A stretch of DNA of 64,000 nt from Eledone cirrhosa (lineage: Eukaryota). Shown piece by piece: positions 61,846 to 64,000 of this stretch. Each line of letters opens with the position of its first letter. Positions within the stretch are counted from its first letter, which is position 1. The position numbers and the translations under genes were made by a program. Under the pieces are notes generated by a model that was not told where the DNA came from, ran no database searches, and saw only the letters and a list, made by a program, of their open reading frames with translations. The stretch spans positions 336,288,001-336,352,000 of the forward strand of contig OZ024740.1 in NCBI GenBank assembly GCA_964016885.1. The letters run 5' to 3'.

Positions 61846-64000
61846 ATGGATGTGTTAAGAGTAGGATGTTTGAATGCACGTGGCCTGGGCTCAACTTGGA
61901 AGCAAGCAAAGCTTCTAAATGACCTCAGGTCATGTAGTATAAATGTAATGGTTATCTGTGAGACTCGAATCAGCGTCATGCGGCAGCTGGCCCCCACCTT
62001 CGATGACTTTGAGGTGCATGCATCTCTCTGTCAACCTGGAGGTGGGGGTGGGGTTGTCGTGCTGCTGCAAAAACACCTGGGTCTTGCCGTACAGGTTGTG
62101 CACTCGGACCCGGAGGGTCGTTTGTTGGTGCTAGACGTTGGCAGTAGTGAAAGTGCGGCCTTGAGACTGGTCGCCGTCTACTCCCCTTTCGGAGCTGAAC
62201 GGCCCGACTTCTTCCAGCGTTTGGAGACTTTTCTGGGAACGTCGCGTTCCCTGCTTCTAGCGGGGGATTGGAATGACATCCTAGATGCACGTTGGGACTA
62301 TGCAGGAGCATGTCCTAATAGAGGGGGGTGTAACAGCCTCAAGGGGTTACTCGACCGTTTTAACTTGGTCGATAGATATCGACTAGATTTTCCAACTGTG
62401 CCTACCTGGACTTGGAGAAACCACAGTGGTCAATCTAGATCGTACTTAGATAGATTCTTAGTTAGAAGTAAGGATAGGGACATATTAAGCTGTCCAGAAA
62501 TGCGCACGGTTGGCTACACGGATCACAAATTAGTGACCTGCGTGGTCAATCTCGAGAAAACACATAGACAGGGTCCCGGTTACTGGAAACTTAATTTGTC
62601 TTTACCGGCAAAAGAGACTTACAGAAACCGGATTAGCAGATTAGTTAAGGAGAGGTTGACGGGTGCAATCGTCAACAACCGATGGTGGGCATCTCTCAAA
62701 AGAGAGATTAGAACAGAATCAATAAGCTATAGCAAGATGTTAGCTGCCAATAGGAATAGAAACGAGAAAGAATTAACAGGTAAATTAGAAGAGGCAATCA
62801 AGAGCGAAGATGTGGCCAGAGTGCTGGCATCGAGGACGGCCTTGAACCAGTTTTTCGATGCAAAGCATGAAGGCTGCGTCATTCGAAGTAAAATACGTGC
62901 TCTAGGTAATGAGGGGGCCAAAGCCGTTGGATGGGCCCGCGTGACAGAAGCTAAAAGTGGAAATCGATCCACCATCCGGTCGTTGCAAGACGAAGATGGA
63001 CGAGTGATCCGGGAGCCTAAGCAGATGTGCGAGGCCTTTCAAAAGCACTTTGCCCGATTGTTCGGGGGAGGCGAGGGTCCGGGCCGGGGCGTGAATTTCG
63101 GTCCATACCTCGACGGCCTGCCGCGTCTCTCGAACAAAGAGGCGGAGTCCTGCGAGGGACCAATCTCGGCTGATGAGATCGGAGATGCGCTGAGCCAATG
63201 CAGCAGACGCAAATCTCCAGGTCTCGATGGTATACCTTACGAACTTTATTTAGCAATGCCGGTCTTCTTCTCCGAACTCCTCGAAGCGGTCTACTGCAAT
63301 TGGCAGCAGAACGGGAGAATTCCTTGTTCTGTAGCCAAGGGCGTAGTCACGCTGGTGAGGAAGGACGAGAACAAGGGGGATAGTATAAATAATTTTCGGC
63401 CCATAACCCTGCTAAACACAGAGTTAAAGATTTTGGCCAAGGTGTTAGCAAAGAGGTTGGCGCTTGTCGTGGGTGGCCTGGTGGGAGATGCGCAGACATG
63501 TGCTATCCCATCCAGGTCCATTCACGATAACCTCCACCTCATGCGATACATCATAGAGAGGGTTGGCAACAAACCCGGCTTCGGTGGGGCCCTGATCAAC
63601 TTGGATCAGTCTAAGGCCTTCGATAGGGTCGACCATGGTTACCTGGATGCGGTGCTAGCGGCGGCTGGGTTCGGTCCTGTTTTCAGAGGCTGGATCACTG
63701 CCCTACATAGCAACCACATCTGTTCTAGGATCAAGGTGAACGGCTACCTTTCGAAGCCGTTCGAAATCACACGATCCATTCGACAGGGGTGCCCTCTCTC
63801 CTCCCTTCTGTACGTATTGACTCTCGAGCCTTTACTGAGGAAGTTGGAGTTGTTGCAGGGTATCCCCCTGGAACCAGGATTGAGCAAAGCGGTGTCGGCC
63901 TACGCCGATGACGTAACAGTAATGGTATCAACTGACTCGGAGATCGAGGCGATCGGTACCTTACTGGAGGAGTACGAAAGGTTGTCAGGAGCGAAACTGA
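61846..64000 (+). CDS. Tx1-like ORF2 (APE endonuclease + RT), open to the window end and therefore absent from the ORF track
   Basis: ATG at 61846. LNARG, ICETR, GDWN, YLDR, TDH, KSPGLDG, NFRPITLLN, LDQSKAFDRV, RQGCPLS and YADD (63901) are all in one frame. Confidence 0.9.
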   Translation, partial: MDVLRVGCLNARGLGSTWKQAKLLNDLRSCSINVMVICETRISVMRQLAPTFDDFEVHASLCQPGGGGGVVVLLQKHLGLAVQVVHSDPEGRLLVLDVGSSESAALRLVAVYSPFGAERPDFFQRLETFLGTSRSLLLAGDWNDILDARWDYAGACPNRGGCNSLKGLLDRFNLVDRYRLDFPTVPTWTWRNHSGQSRSYLDRFLVRSKDRDILSCPEMRTVGYTDHKLVTCVVNLEKTHRQGPGYWKLNLSLPAKETYRNRISRLVKERLTGAIVNNRWWASLKREIRTESISYSKMLAANRNRNEKELTGKLEEAIKSEDVARVLASRTALNQFFDAKHEGCVIRSKIRALGNEGAKAVGWARVTEAKSGNRSTIRSLQDEDGRVIREPKQMCEAFQKHFARLFGGGEGPGRGVNFGPYLDGLPRLSNKEAESCEGPISADEIGDALSQCSRRKSPGLDGIPYELYLAMPVFFSELLEAVYCNWQQNGRIPCSVAKGVVTLVRKDENKGDSINNFRPITLLNTELKILAKVLAKRLALVVGGLVGDAQTCAIPSRSIHDNLHLMRYIIERVGNKPGFGGALINLDQSKAFDRVDHGYLDAVLAAAGFGPVFRGWITALHSNHICSRIKVNGYLSKPFEITRSIRQGCPLSSLLYVLTLEPLLRKLELLQGIPLEPGLSKAVSAYADDVTVMVSTDSEIEAIGTLLEEYERLSGAKL

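Larger units (their letters stand above)
59811..64000 (+). mobile_element. Apparently intact Tx1/L1-clade LINE, running off the window
   Basis: Short structured 5' UTR, then ORF1 and ORF2. Confidence 0.92.

Overview
Eukaryotic, AT-rich, microsatellite-dense DNA with no recognisable host gene. The SINE families and repeat content suggest a cephalopod, probably Octopus (inference). It contains: (1) Penelope-like elements (PLEs), including three Naiad-like RT+GIY-YIG elements, one forming a ~5.3 kb near-perfect palindrome (50178-55477); (2) two Tx1/L1-clade LINEs; (3) a near full-length R4/Dong-like RLE element plus a 5'-truncated copy; (4) RTE fragments and RTE-derived non-autonomous elements; (5) many tRNA-derived SINEs and two MITEs. 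The strongest signal not shown by the ORF track is RNA structure. By hand I can fold about 17 type I hammerhead-ribozyme motifs (about one per 4 kb, both strands) plus several half or decayed motifs. Many have a CCGANGA or UUGAGAA core, a greatly extended stem II, a palindromic stem III and an AATAAA just downstream. They sit in modules inserted into (TA)n tracts, often as tail-out fold-back palindromes. All structures were folded by eye; no activity or database match was tested.
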